Part shown: positions 1 through 9,096 of the stretch, piece by piece
Numbering within the stretch: the stretch's first letter is position 1
Layout of the letters: the number at the start of each line of letters is the position of its first letter
DNA from: an uncultured Gammaproteobacteria bacterium
GTDB taxonomy: Bacteria > Pseudomonadota > Gammaproteobacteria > Steroidobacterales > Steroidobacteraceae
Assembly: GCA_963813755.1 (NCBI GenBank)
Contig: CAWEZY010000004.1
Location: forward strand, 346,565 to 410,564
Direction: 5' to 3'
DNA: 64,000 nucleotides
The notes under the pieces: generated by a model
Told to the model about the DNA's origin: nothing
The model's database searches: none
Seen by the model: the letters and a program-made list of their open reading frames with translations, nothing else
Made by a program: the position numbers and the translations under genes

Positions 1-1005
1 CAACAGGATCAGGGCAAAAGCGGCGTAGAACCAAGGAGCTTGCAGCGGATGGTGTTCCAGCGAGTGATGAACGCCGGCCACTTCGCCCAACGCCCAGGCC
101 GCCGTAAGGCACACCGTTACGGTGGCGACCAGCGCCCCGCCGCCCAGGCCGGCGACGAACACCAAATGACCAACGATGGGTCCGAGTGTGGCGCTGAAGG
201 CCGTGGCGATTTGCGGCACGTTTTCCAGCTGCACGGGCTGCTGATGTTGGCCAAACGTCGCTGCCGCGGCGATCAATACCGCGGCGGTTACGGTCTGGCA
301 AAGCACGGCACCGATCAATATGTCGAGCCTGGCGATTCTCAGGTGCCCGATCCCCAATCCTTTGTCGATCATGGCTGACTGTTGGTAGAAAATCGCCCAA
401 GGCATCACGCTGGTGCCTAGGTTTGCCGCCAGCAGATAGAGATAGTCGCGGTTTCCGAGCGGCATCTGATAAAGACCCGCGGTGAGTTTAGCCATGTCGG
501 GATGCGCCTCCCAAGCCATGATCAAAAAGCCCAGCTCGAAGAGGCCGAATGCAATGACCATGCGCTCCACGGATCGGTGAGCCCCCAGGCCGACCATCAG
601 AAGAATGGCTACGATCAGCAGGACGATCGATACCCAGACAGGGGCGCCAAACAATTGGCCAATACCCGCCAATCCGACCATTTGAGTGACCAGCGTGCCG
701 AAACAACTCACCGTCAGCGCCGTAATCGCGACAATGGTCATGAGGCGGCCGAAGTTCTGGTGGATCAGCTCGGCGTAGCCTATTCCCGTTTCAAGCGCCA
801 GGCGTGCCGCCAGCTCTTGCACCGTGTAGAGCAGCGGAATAATCAGGAACTGGAGCAGCAACAACCGGTAGCCCCATTTCGCGCCGCTTTGAGCCGCCGT
901 AATCACACTTCCGACTTCCGTGTTGGCCAGCATGACCACCAAGCCCGGGCCGAACGTCACCAGCACCTGTCGCCAGTTGAACTGCTTTTTCGGTGTTTCA
1001 ACCAT
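1..1005 (-). CDS. Nramp/SLC11-family divalent metal cation transporter, 5' part (3' end lies beyond window start)
   Basis: Absent from the ORF track because no stop lies in the window. My minus-strand translation from ATG 1005-1003 reads MVETPKKQFNWRQVLVTFGPGLVVMLANTEVGSVITAAQSGAKWGYRLLLLQFLIIPLLY... and stays open to nt 1 (...LEHHPLQAPWFYAAFALILL). The polytopic hydrophobic pattern and the GPG / ITAAQSGAxWGY / SVMPW segments resemble Nramp TM1-TM6. The ATG overlaps the hflC stop by 1 nt. Confidence 0.7.
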   Translation of the reverse strand, partial: MVETPKKQFNWRQVLVTFGPGLVVMLANTEVGSVITAAQSGAKWGYRLLLLQFLIIPLLYTVQELAARLALETGIGYAELIHQNFGRLMTIVAITALTVSCFGTLVTQMVGLAGIGQLFGAPVWVSIVLLIVAILLMVGLGAHRSVERMVIAFGLFELGFLIMAWEAHPDMAKLTAGLYQMPLGNRDYLYLLAANLGTSVMPWAIFYQQSAMIDKGLGIGHLRIARLDILIGAVLCQTVTAAVLIAAAATFGQHQQPVQLENVPQIATAFSATLGPIVGHLVFVAGLGGGALVATVTVCLTAAWALGEVAGVHHSLEHHPLQAPWFYAAFALILL

Positions 1006-1886
1006 TAATGCTTGGTGAGCGTGCCAGGGCCGGTTTTGAAGTAGCGCAGAAAATCGGTGTCCGGCGACAGCACAATCGTCGGGCCGGCATTCGCCAAGGC
1101 TTGTCGGTATGTCTGCAGGGACCGGTACAGCTTGTAGAACTGGGGATCCTTGCCGAACGCGCTGGAGAGAATTTGGTTGGCCTCGGCGTCGGCCGCACCG
1201 CGAGTGATCTTGGCTTGGCGTTGCGCTTCGGAGAGGATTACGGTGCGTTCGCGATCGGCTTTTGCCTGGATTTCCTGAGCCCATTCGAAGCCCTGCGCCC
1301 TTAATTCCTTGGCTTCGCGTTGCCGTTCCGAGGTCATCCGATCATAGATGGCCTGACTTGTTTCCAGCGGTAGATCCGCGCGGTGAAAGCGCACTTCCAC
1401 GACATCGATTCCAACATCTTTGGCCTTGTCGGCCACCTCCTTCTCTATCAGCTCGACGATGTGGGACCGATTTTCCGACAGCAGCGACGGCAGCATCACC
1501 TGACCGAGCTCTCGGCGCAATGACGAACTCACCAGCTGAGCGAGTTGCGGCTCGGCCGATTCCACCGTGCGCACCGCGTTATAGAAGCGCAAGGGGTCGG
1601 CGATGCGGAATCGCGTGTAGGTCTGCACCTCGATGCGCTTCTGGTCCCCCAGAATGACCTGCTCAACTGCCGGCTCCATGGTCAGCAATCGGCGATCATA
1701 AAAAATGACCGAATCGACCAACGGCAGTTTGAATTTCAACCCGGGTTCGTTCACGACGCCGATCGGCGCTCCGAGCCGGACAATCAAGGCCTGCTGCACT
1801 TCACTGACCGTGTAGAGCGTGGCCGAGAGCAGCCACAGCATAAGAAACGCACCAACACCAATGGCAAGACGTTGCTTCGCACTCAT
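1005..1886 (-). CDS. hflC: HflC, SPFH/band-7 modulator of FtsH protease
   Basis: 293-aa ORF with one N-terminal TM (AIGVGAFLMLWLLSATLY), an SPFH domain (IVRLGAPIGVVNEPGLKFKLPLVDSV...RFHRADLP) and a charged coiled C-terminal part (ERQREAKELRAQGFEWAQEIQAKADRERTVILSEAQRQAK). It has a 4-nt overlap with hflK upstream. Confidence 0.9.
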   Translation of the reverse strand: MSAKQRLAIGVGAFLMLWLLSATLYTVSEVQQALIVRLGAPIGVVNEPGLKFKLPLVDSVIFYDRRLLTMEPAVEQVILGDQKRIEVQTYTRFRIADPLRFYNAVRTVESAEPQLAQLVSSSLRRELGQVMLPSLLSENRSHIVELIEKEVADKAKDVGIDVVEVRFHRADLPLETSQAIYDRMTSERQREAKELRAQGFEWAQEIQAKADRERTVILSEAQRQAKITRGAADAEANQILSSAFGKDPQFYKLYRSLQTYRQALANAGPTIVLSPDTDFLRYFKTGPGTLTKH

Positions 1887-2944
1887 TTCGGCGGCTCCTT
1901 GACTGCCTCCGGCTTGTCCTTATCTGCCAGCGACAAGTACGGGACGATGCCGGACATGGCCTTGCCGGAACTATCGACGATGACCCTCGTGGCCTTTTTC
2001 AACATCTCGTCGACACTTTCGAGGTATAGCCGCCAAGCCGTTACGTCCTTGTCCGCGGCATAGCTCGCATAGATCAACTGGAAGCTCTTGGCGTCACCTT
2101 GGGCCAGATTGGTCACCTGCGACTTGTAGGCTTCTGATTCCTGGGCGATGTGCGATGCCTCCCCGCGAGCCCGTGGAAGGATGTCATTGGCGTAGGCTTC
2201 GGCTTCATTGCGCGTACGCTCCTGATCGGCTCGGGCCCGCTGCACGTCGTTGAACGCGTCGATGACAACGCTCGGCGGATCGACCCGCTGCAATTGCACC
2301 TGGGTGACTAAAATCCCCGAATCGGCCTTGTCGAGCAGGGTCTGCAGCAGATCTCTGGTCTGTTCGGCGACCTGTTCGCGCTTGTCCGACATGGCCGCCT
2401 GAATCGGCGTACGGCTGATGATCTCGCGCAGCGCGCTTTCCGCCACCACCTTGAGCGCGGCTTCCGGGTTGTTGACCTTGAAGAGGAACTTGCCGGCATC
2501 CTTGATGCGCCATGACACGGCACAGTCGGCTTCCACAATATTCTCGTCTCCCGTGAGCATCTGCCGCTCATGCGAGGAATCAGCGGTGTTGGCGCGGGCC
2601 GCAACGAAGTGAGCAGTGCCGAGTTGCAGCTGATTGACCTGGGTGACCTTGGGCAGCAGCACGGTTTCAATGGGGTACGGCAGATGGTAGTGCAGGCCGG
2701 AGCTGGTGGTTTCCACCCATTTGCCAAAACGCAGCACCACGCCTTGTTCGTCAGGCTGCACCTTGTAGATGCCGGCGCTGACCCAGGCAATGGCCAGCAG
2801 GCCCAGAATAAGCGCCATGCCTTTGCCGCGCAGTCCAAACAATTGGATATACGAGTCGAGCCATTGGCTGATCTCGGCGGCCCTTGAAGGACTTTCGACG
2901 GACGGCGCCGGGCTTGATGAATCTTCGACGGAGTTTGGTGGCAT
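1883..2944 (-). CDS. hflK: HflK, SPFH/band-7 modulator of FtsH protease
   Basis: The listed ORF runs to 3139, but residues before Met-66 overlap ribE and are Arg/His-rich. From ATG 2944 (overlapping the ribE stop) it reads MPPNSVEDSS..., then a TM (GMALILGLLAIAWVSAGIY) and an SPFH domain (KVQPDEQGVVLRFGKW...LTGDENIVEADCAVSWRI). Confidence 0.85.
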   Translation of the reverse strand: MPPNSVEDSSSPAPSVESPSRAAEISQWLDSYIQLFGLRGKGMALILGLLAIAWVSAGIYKVQPDEQGVVLRFGKWVETTSSGLHYHLPYPIETVLLPKVTQVNQLQLGTAHFVAARANTADSSHERQMLTGDENIVEADCAVSWRIKDAGKFLFKVNNPEAALKVVAESALREIISRTPIQAAMSDKREQVAEQTRDLLQTLLDKADSGILVTQVQLQRVDPPSVVIDAFNDVQRARADQERTRNEAEAYANDILPRARGEASHIAQESEAYKSQVTNLAQGDAKSFQLIYASYAADKDVTAWRLYLESVDEMLKKATRVIVDSSGKAMSGIVPYLSLADKDKPEAVKEPPK

Positions 2945-3555
2945 CAGCGAGGTTCCGGTGGAGTTTGCAAGTTTGCAAGACGTTCGAGGTATCGCGCGAT
3001 CGTATCGATCTCGATATTGACCATGGCCCCGGCGCGCAGTTCTCCCAATGTCGTCGCCTCGCGCGTGTGCGGGATGATGTTGACATCGAAGCGGCGCCCG
3101 CCGACCTTGTTGACCGTCAGGCTCACGCCGCTGATGCAAATGGATCCCTTGGGCGCCACGTAGCGCATCAGCGCGGCCGGCAGTTCGAACCCCAAACGCC
3201 AGGATCGCGCATCCTCATCGGCGCTGATCAATGTGCCAACCGCATCGACATGGCCGCTCACCAAATGACCGCCGAGGGGATCGCCGGCCCGCAGGCTCGG
3301 CTCCAGATTTACGCGTGCGCCGTTCTTGAGCATTCCCAGGGTCGTCTTGGCCAGGGTCTCGCGCGACACATCGGCGTAGAAGACCGCGCCGTCGAGCCGC
3401 GTCACCGTGAGGCAGACGCCCTCGACGCTCACACTGTCGCCCACCGCCAGGCGCCCGGCCCCCAACGTCGCCGCATCGATGCCCAACTGCAGATCACCGC
3501 CCCTCGCGACCGCTGCGACCAGCCGGCCCGTGGCGAGAACAATCCCGGTAAACAT
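2944..3555 (-). CDS. ribE: riboflavin synthase (alpha chain)
   Basis: Reads MFTGIVLATGRLV... with two lumazine-binding repeats (GDSVSVEGVCLTV and GSICISGVSLTV). Start taken at the second Met of the listed ORF (the ORF Met is at 3561). Confidence 0.9.
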   Translation of the reverse strand: MFTGIVLATGRLVAAVARGGDLQLGIDAATLGAGRLAVGDSVSVEGVCLTVTRLDGAVFYADVSRETLAKTTLGMLKNGARVNLEPSLRAGDPLGGHLVSGHVDAVGTLISADEDARSWRLGFELPAALMRYVAPKGSICISGVSLTVNKVGGRRFDVNIIPHTREATTLGELRAGAMVNIEIDTIARYLERLANLQTPPEPR

Positions 3556-3567
3556 CCTCAACGCTCC

Positions 3568-4692
3568 TTAGGTATTTGCGTTGCGGGGTGTCAGTACGAG
3601 CCGCAGGTCCGCGCCCATGCGTTCAACGCTCGCGAAATCGAATGACGGCGGCAGCGCACCCTTCGCCGCCAGACCGCTCAACGCCGTCAGCGGCGGCGCA
3701 TCCGCACCCAGCAGGATCGGCGCAACGTACAGGATCAGTTCGTCGACCAGGTTCGCTTCGAGGAAAGCCGCCGCCAAGCGCGGCCCGCACTCGACCCAAA
3801 GTTCGTTGACCTCGCGCAACGTCAAGCGCTCGATGACGGCGGCGAGGTCGAGTCCGTGCCCCGCCGCACGGCACATGCTCGACGTCGAAGGGCGGCGCCG
3901 CGGCACGTACGCGCGGCATCCCGCGGCGACGAACACCAGCGCGCCGCCGCCGGCGAAGATTTTCGCGCTCGGCGCGCATGACTGCGCGGGATCGAGAACC
4001 ACACGCAGCGGCTGCCTGACCCATGGGCCGTAGTGCAAGCGCACATCGAGGCGCGGATCATCCGCGCGTATCGTGCCCGCGCCGGTCAGGACCGCGGAGC
4101 TGCGGGCGCGCCACTTTTGCACGTCCGCGCGCGATTCCTCGCCGCTGATCCACATCCTGCCGCCTTCGGCGGGCGCCGTGCGCGCATCGAGGCTCATCGC
4201 GAGCTTGAGACGAATCAGCGGCCGTGCGCGTTCGAAGCGCGAAAAAAAGCCGGGATTGAGTGCGCGCGCTTCGCCCGCCAGCGCACCCACCGACACGGTG
4301 ATTCCGGCGGCTTGCAGACGCTTGATGCCGTCGCCCGCCACTTTCGGATTGGGATCCGCCGAACAGCACACCACGCGGCGGATACCCGCCGCGATCAACG
4401 CACCCGCGCACGGCGGCGTGCGCCCGGTGTGACTGCACGGTTCGAGCGTGACATAGGCGGTGGCGCCCGCCGCGCCGGAACCCGCCGCACGCAGCGCCGC
4501 GACCTCCGCATGCGCTTCTCCGGCGCGCTCATGCCAGCCCTCGCCGATTATCGCTCCGCCGCGCACCAAGACGCAGCCGACTCGCGGATTCGGATCGGTG
4601 GTGTACAGGCCGCGTGCAGCGAGCTCAAGCGCGCGCGCCAGGTAGACCCGGTCCTGCGTGCTGATCGCAGCCGCGCCGATCGCCGGGGTCAT
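3568..4692 (-). CDS. ribD: bifunctional diaminohydroxyphosphoribosylaminopyrimidine deaminase / 5-amino-6-(5-phosphoribosylamino)uracil reductase
   Basis: 374-aa ORF with a cytidine-deaminase-type zinc motif (HAEVAAL ... [11 protein letters not shown]) followed by the RibD C-terminal reductase domain (...[13 protein letters not shown]...). Confidence 0.9.
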   Translation of the reverse strand: MTPAIGAAAISTQDRVYLARALELAARGLYTTDPNPRVGCVLVRGGAIIGEGWHERAGEAHAEVAALRAAGSGAAGATAYVTLEPCSHTGRTPPCAGALIAAGIRRVVCCSADPNPKVAGDGIKRLQAAGITVSVGALAGEARALNPGFFSRFERARPLIRLKLAMSLDARTAPAEGGRMWISGEESRADVQKWRARSSAVLTGAGTIRADDPRLDVRLHYGPWVRQPLRVVLDPAQSCAPSAKIFAGGGALVFVAAGCRAYVPRRRPSTSSMCRAAGHGLDLAAVIERLTLREVNELWVECGPRLAAAFLEANLVDELILYVAPILLGADAPPLTALSGLAAKGALPPSFDFASVERMGADLRLVLTPRNANT

Positions 4693-5213
4693 TTGCCCGC
4701 GCCGCTGGGTTCATCGCCCGGCAGGAGCGGCAATTGATCCTTGCTCGTGTCGCGGCGGCGGCGATGGCGGCGCAACAGGTCGATTTCCGTGCGGAACGCC
4801 TCGACGTCCTGAAAGCTGCGGTAGACCGACGCGAACCTCACGTAGCCGACCTCGTCCAAATGCCGCAGCTCCTCCATGACCATCTCACCGATGGCGCGCG
4901 AGGCGATTTCCCGCTCGCCCAGGCTGCGCAACTTGTGGCAAATCCGCGCCGCCGCCGCTTCGATTGATTCGCGGCTCACGGGGCGCTTCTCGAGCGCCTT
5001 GAGCATACCGGAGAGCAGCTTGGTCTCGTCGAAGGGCTCGCGGCTGCGATCGCCCTTGATGACCGTGGGCAGCAACAGCTCCGCCGCCTCGAAGGTCGTG
5101 AAGCGCTCCGCGCATTCCAGGCACTCGCGGCGGCGGCGGATCTGCCGCCCTTCGCCTGCCAGGCGCGAGTCGATAACCTTAGTCTCCGAATGACCGCAAA
5201 ATGGGCAGTGCAT
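4689..5213 (-). CDS. nrdR: transcriptional repressor NrdR
   Basis: Zinc ribbon [17 protein letters not shown]...[16 protein letters not shown] plus an ATP-cone. 4-nt overlap with ribD. Confidence 0.95.
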   Translation of the reverse strand: MHCPFCGHSETKVIDSRLAGEGRQIRRRRECLECAERFTTFEAAELLLPTVIKGDRSREPFDETKLLSGMLKALEKRPVSRESIEAAAARICHKLRSLGEREIASRAIGEMVMEELRHLDEVGYVRFASVYRSFQDVEAFRTEIDLLRRHRRRRDTSKDQLPLLPGDEPSGAGK

Positions 5214-5252
5214 CGCGGCTACCCGGGAGCCTGTCCGAGCACCCGCTCGTCA

Positions 5253-6507
5253 TCAGCCATAAACGGGAAATCGCCGGCACAGCGCCATCACCTGGTCGCG
5301 TACCCGATCCACCGCCGACTCATCGCCCATATGATCGAGAACGTCGGCGATCCAATGGGACAATTGTTCCGCTTCGGGCTCCTTGAATCCGCGGGTGGTC
5401 ACCGCCGGCGTGCCGATCCGCAGGCCGCTGGTCACGGCCGGCGGACGCGGATCGTTCGGCACCGCATTCTTGTTGACGGTGATGTGGGCGCGTCCCAAGG
5501 AGGCGTCGGCATCCTTGCCGGTGATGTTCTTGTCGATCAGGTCGAGCAGGAACAGATGATTGTCGGTGCCGCCGGATACGATCTTGTAGCCGCGCTGCTG
5601 CAGCACCCGGGTCATGGCACGCGCATTGGCGATGACTTGCGCGGAATATTGCTTGAATTCGGGCTGCAGCGCCTCGTGGAAGGCCACCGCCTTGGCGGCG
5701 ATGACGTGCATCAGCGGGCCGCCCTGCGTTCCCGGAAACACCATGGAATTGAACTTCTTGTGCAATTCCGCGTGCGGCCCGCGCCAAAATCAGGCCGCCG
5801 CGCGGTCCGCGCAGCGTCTTGTGCGTGGTGGTCGTCACCACGTCGGCGAACGGCAGCGGATTCGGATACAGGCCGGCGGCGACCAGCCCCGCGACGTGCG
5901 CCATGTCCACAAAGAAATACGCGCCCACCGAGTCGGCGATGGCGCGAAACCGCGCCCAGTCGATGGCGCGCGAATACGCCGAAAAGCCCGCCACGATCAT
6001 CTTCGGCCGATGCTCCCGCGCCAGCCGCTCCACTTGGTCGTAGTCGATCTCGCCCGTGTCGGGCTTGATGCCATATTGCGCGGCCTTGAACAACTTGCCG
6101 GAAAAATTCACTTTGGCGCCGTGCGTCAGGTGGCCGCCATGGTCGAGGCTCATGCCGAGAATCGCATCGCCGGGGTTGAGCAGCGCCAGATACACCGCGG
6201 CGTTCGCCTGCGAGCCCGAATGCGGCTGAACGTTCGCGTACGCGGCGCCGAACAATTTTTTGGCTCGCTCGATCGCCAGGGATTCCGCCACGTCGACGTA
6301 TTCGCAGCCGCCGTAGTAGCGCTTGCCGGGATAGCCTTCCGCGTATTTGTTGGTGAGCACCGAGCCCTGCGCCTCGAGCACGCGCGGGCTGGCGTAGTTT
6401 TCCGAGGCGATCAGCTCGATGTGGTCTTCCTGGCGTTTGCGCTCGCCGGCGATCGCCTGCGCGAGTTCTGGATCGAAACCGGCAATCGTCATTTTCGCAT
6501 TGAACAT
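5253..6507 (-). pseudogene. glyA: serine hydroxymethyltransferase, one frame disruption (probably an assembly indel)
   Basis: ORF fragments 5320..6507 and 5253..5765 together give a full SHMT ([18 protein letters not shown]-Lys region [35 protein letters not shown]). The frame changes between GLILAR and PHAELHKKF at about 5775-5782, inside adjacent G/C runs. Confidence 0.9.
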
Positions 6508-6685
6508 GAGATGGACCTCGCGGTGGACAGCCAGTAATTGTAGCCGATGCGGCTAGGGTTCCCTAATGGCGGGCCAATTGGATCGGTTGCGCGACCGATG
6601 CGCCTAATCGCCGTGACAAGTTGCATGGTCGCGCGGATAATTCACCGGTTCCCCCCGCTACACAGCGCTTCAACATAGGTAATAA

Positions 6686-8359
6686 ATGGCTCAGTTCATC
6701 TACACCATGAACCGGGTTGGCAAGGTTGTGCCGCCCAAGCGCATGATTTTGCGCGATATCACTTTGAGTTTCTTCCCCGGCGCGAAGATCGGGGTGCTTG
6801 GCCTCAACGGCTCGGGCAAGTCGACGCTGCTGAAGATCATGGCCGGCGTGGACAAGGAAATCGAGGGTGAGGCCCGCCCGCAACCCGGCATCAAGGTCGG
6901 TTACCTGCCGCAGGAGCCGCTGCTCGACGAGGCCAAGACGGTGCGCCAGGTGGTGGGCGAAGGCGTGGGCGACGTGCAGGGCTTGATCGACCGCTTCAAC
7001 GCGATCAGCGACCGATTCGCCGAGCCCATGTCGGACGAGGAAATGAACAAAGCTCTCGAAGAGCAGGCGAAATTGCAGGACAAGATCGATGCGGTCGGCG
7101 GCTGGGAGCTCGAGCGCAAGCTCGAAATCGCGGCGGACGCGCTGCGCCTGCCGCCCTGGGAAGCCCTCGTCGGCAGGCTGTCCGGCGGCGAAAAGCGGCG
7201 CGTGGCGCTGTGCCGTCTGCTGCTCTCGAAGCCCGACATGTTGCTCCTCGACGAGCCGACCAATCACCTGGATGCCGAATCGGTCGCCTGGCTGGAGCAT
7301 TTTCTCGAGGAGTACCCGAGCACGGTCATCGCGGTCACCCACGATCGGTACTTTCTCGATAATGTCGCCGAATGGATTCTCGAGCTGGATCGCGGCCATG
7401 GAATTCCCTGGGAGGGCAATTACTCCTCCTGGCTCGAGCAGAAGAGCCAGAGGCTTGCGCAGGAACAGAGCCAGCAGGATGCGCTCGCCAAGACGCTCAA
7501 ACGTGAGCTCGAATGGGTTCGGACCAACCCGAAGGCGCGACAGGCGAAATCCAAAGCCCGCTTGCAGCGCTACGAGGAGCTCGCTTCGCAGGAATTCCAG
7601 AAGCGCAACGAAACCAACGAAATCTACATCCCTCCGGGCGATCGGCTCGGCGATCTGGTGATCGAATGCATGGGCGTGCGCAAGGGCTATGGCGATCGAC
7701 TGCTCATCGAAAGCTTGAGCTTCCGCCTGCCCCCCGGCGGCATCGTCGGCATCATCGGCCCGAACGGCGCGGGCAAAACTACGCTGTTCCGCATGCTGGC
7801 GGGCGTCGAACGGCCCGATGCGGGCGAGATTCGCGTCGGACCGAGCGTCAAGCTCGCCTATGTCGACCAGTCGCGCCAGGCGCTCAACGACAAGAACACC
7901 GTGTGGCAGGAGATCTCCGGCGGACTCGACCTGATCAAGGTCGGAAACTACGAAACCTCATCGCGCGGCTACGTCGGGCGCTTCAATTTCAAGGGTGCGC
8001 AGCAGCAACAATTCATCGGCGATCTGTCCGGCGGCGAGCGCAATCGGGTGCATCTGGCGAAAGTGCTGAAATCCGGGGGCAACGTGCTGCTGCTGGACGA
8101 GCCCACCAACGACCTCGACATCGAAACGCTGCGCGCGCTCGAAGAGGCGCTGGTGGCCTTTCCCGGCTGCGCGGTGGTCATCTCGCACGACCGCTGGTTC
8201 CTCGACCGTATTGCAACCCACATACTGGCGTTCGAGGGCGACTCGCAAGTAGTATGGTTCGAGGGCAACTATCAGGAATATGTTGAAGACCACAAGCGGC
8301 GCAAGGGCGAGGACGCCGCGCAGCCGCACCGAATTCGTTACAAACCGTTGACGGGTTGA
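6686..8359 (+). CDS. ettA: energy-dependent translational throttle protein EttA (ABC-F ATPase)
   Basis: 557 aa with two Walker A motifs ([18 protein letters not shown]), two ABC signatures ([16 protein letters not shown]) and no TM. The N-terminus [19 protein letters not shown] is typical of EttA. Confidence 0.9.
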   Translation: MAQFIYTMNRVGKVVPPKRMILRDITLSFFPGAKIGVLGLNGSGKSTLLKIMAGVDKEIEGEARPQPGIKVGYLPQEPLLDEAKTVRQVVGEGVGDVQGLIDRFNAISDRFAEPMSDEEMNKALEEQAKLQDKIDAVGGWELERKLEIAADALRLPPWEALVGRLSGGEKRRVALCRLLLSKPDMLLLDEPTNHLDAESVAWLEHFLEEYPSTVIAVTHDRYFLDNVAEWILELDRGHGIPWEGNYSSWLEQKSQRLAQEQSQQDALAKTLKRELEWVRTNPKARQAKSKARLQRYEELASQEFQKRNETNEIYIPPGDRLGDLVIECMGVRKGYGDRLLIESLSFRLPPGGIVGIIGPNGAGKTTLFRMLAGVERPDAGEIRVGPSVKLAYVDQSRQALNDKNTVWQEISGGLDLIKVGNYETSSRGYVGRFNFKGAQQQQFIGDLSGGERNRVHLAKVLKSGGNVLLLDEPTNDLDIETLRALEEALVAFPGCAVVISHDRWFLDRIATHILAFEGDSQVVWFEGNYQEYVEDHKRRKGEDAAQPHRIRYKPLTG

Positions 8360-8389
8360 AAATCATGAGTATCTACATCACACCGCACG

Positions 8390-9057
8390 ATGAAATTGCA
8401 TTTCGAATGCCAGGGCATCGCACTGACCTGCCCGCATTGCCAGACCTTGACGCATCTGACCGCCGGCGGCGGTCCCGAAATTCGAGGATCTCGAGCCGGC
8501 GCAGGCCGAAGCAGATCGGCATCGTTTTTGCGTGCGATGCCTGCGGTGAGCCCGTGTTCCTAAAGTTCTTCGTGAAAAGCTACACGCGCTTGCGCATCGA
8601 GCTCGCCCCGAATTACCTGGAAGTTGAGCGCGCGCGGGAAAATTTTCCGCTGACCTATCTGCCGCAAGAAGCCGAACGCTTGTTCAAGGAAACGCTCGGC
8701 TGTTACGCGGCCGGCTGCTTCAACGCCTTCGGATCCATGTGCCGGCGCACGGCGCAGTCGCTGTTCCGCGAGCTCGGCGAGCGCGGCAAGCTGGAGCTGT
8801 TCGATGCGCTGCAGGAAATTCGCACGCTCGCGGAACTCGATGACGACAACTTTGCCGCATTGCGCAGCGTGCTGTTCGGCAGCGACAGCGATCCGTGGCC
8901 GAATCAGCCGCATCTCGATGCCGAACGCGCCGGCATCCTGCTCGAAGTCATGCGCGACCTGTTGTATCAAACCTTCGTGCGCAAGGCGCGGCTGATGCAA
9001 GCGCTAAAGTTTCGCAAATTCGTGGCGCCGCCGGCGCAGATCGAGGCGGGCGCCTGA
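8390..9057 (+). pseudogene. Zn-ribbon + DUF4145-like protein, about 2 frame disruptions
   Basis: The ATG 8390 frame reads MKLHFECQGIALTCPHCQTLTHLTA..., and a third frame reads ...PKFEDLEPAQAEAD.... The frame of listed ORF 8356..9057 then reads ...IGIVFACDACGEPVFLKFFVKSYTRLRIELAPNYLEVERARENFPLTYLPQEAERLFKETLGCYAAGCFNAFGSMCRRTAQSLFRELGERG.... The paired CxxC motifs suggest a zinc ribbon. The helical C-terminal half resembles DUF4145 as I remember it. The Arg-rich N-terminus of the listed ORF is not credible. Confidence 0.5.
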
Positions 9058-9096
9058 CCGCGGCCGCTTAGCGGCGCAACCGGTTACGCCGGTCTC

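Noticed and set aside
1883-3139. 418-aa HflK with a 65-residue N-terminal extension.
   Set aside because: The extension overlaps the ribE coding region in another frame and is His/Arg-rich. The ATG at 2944 gives a normal HflK and an ATGA-type junction with ribE.
6508-6685. Riboswitch (ZTP/pfl-type or THF) in the glyA leader.
   Set aside because: I found only a short ATCGGT/ACCGAT hairpin. I could not find the conserved GGGUCGUGACUGGCG or CCGCCUGGGC elements.
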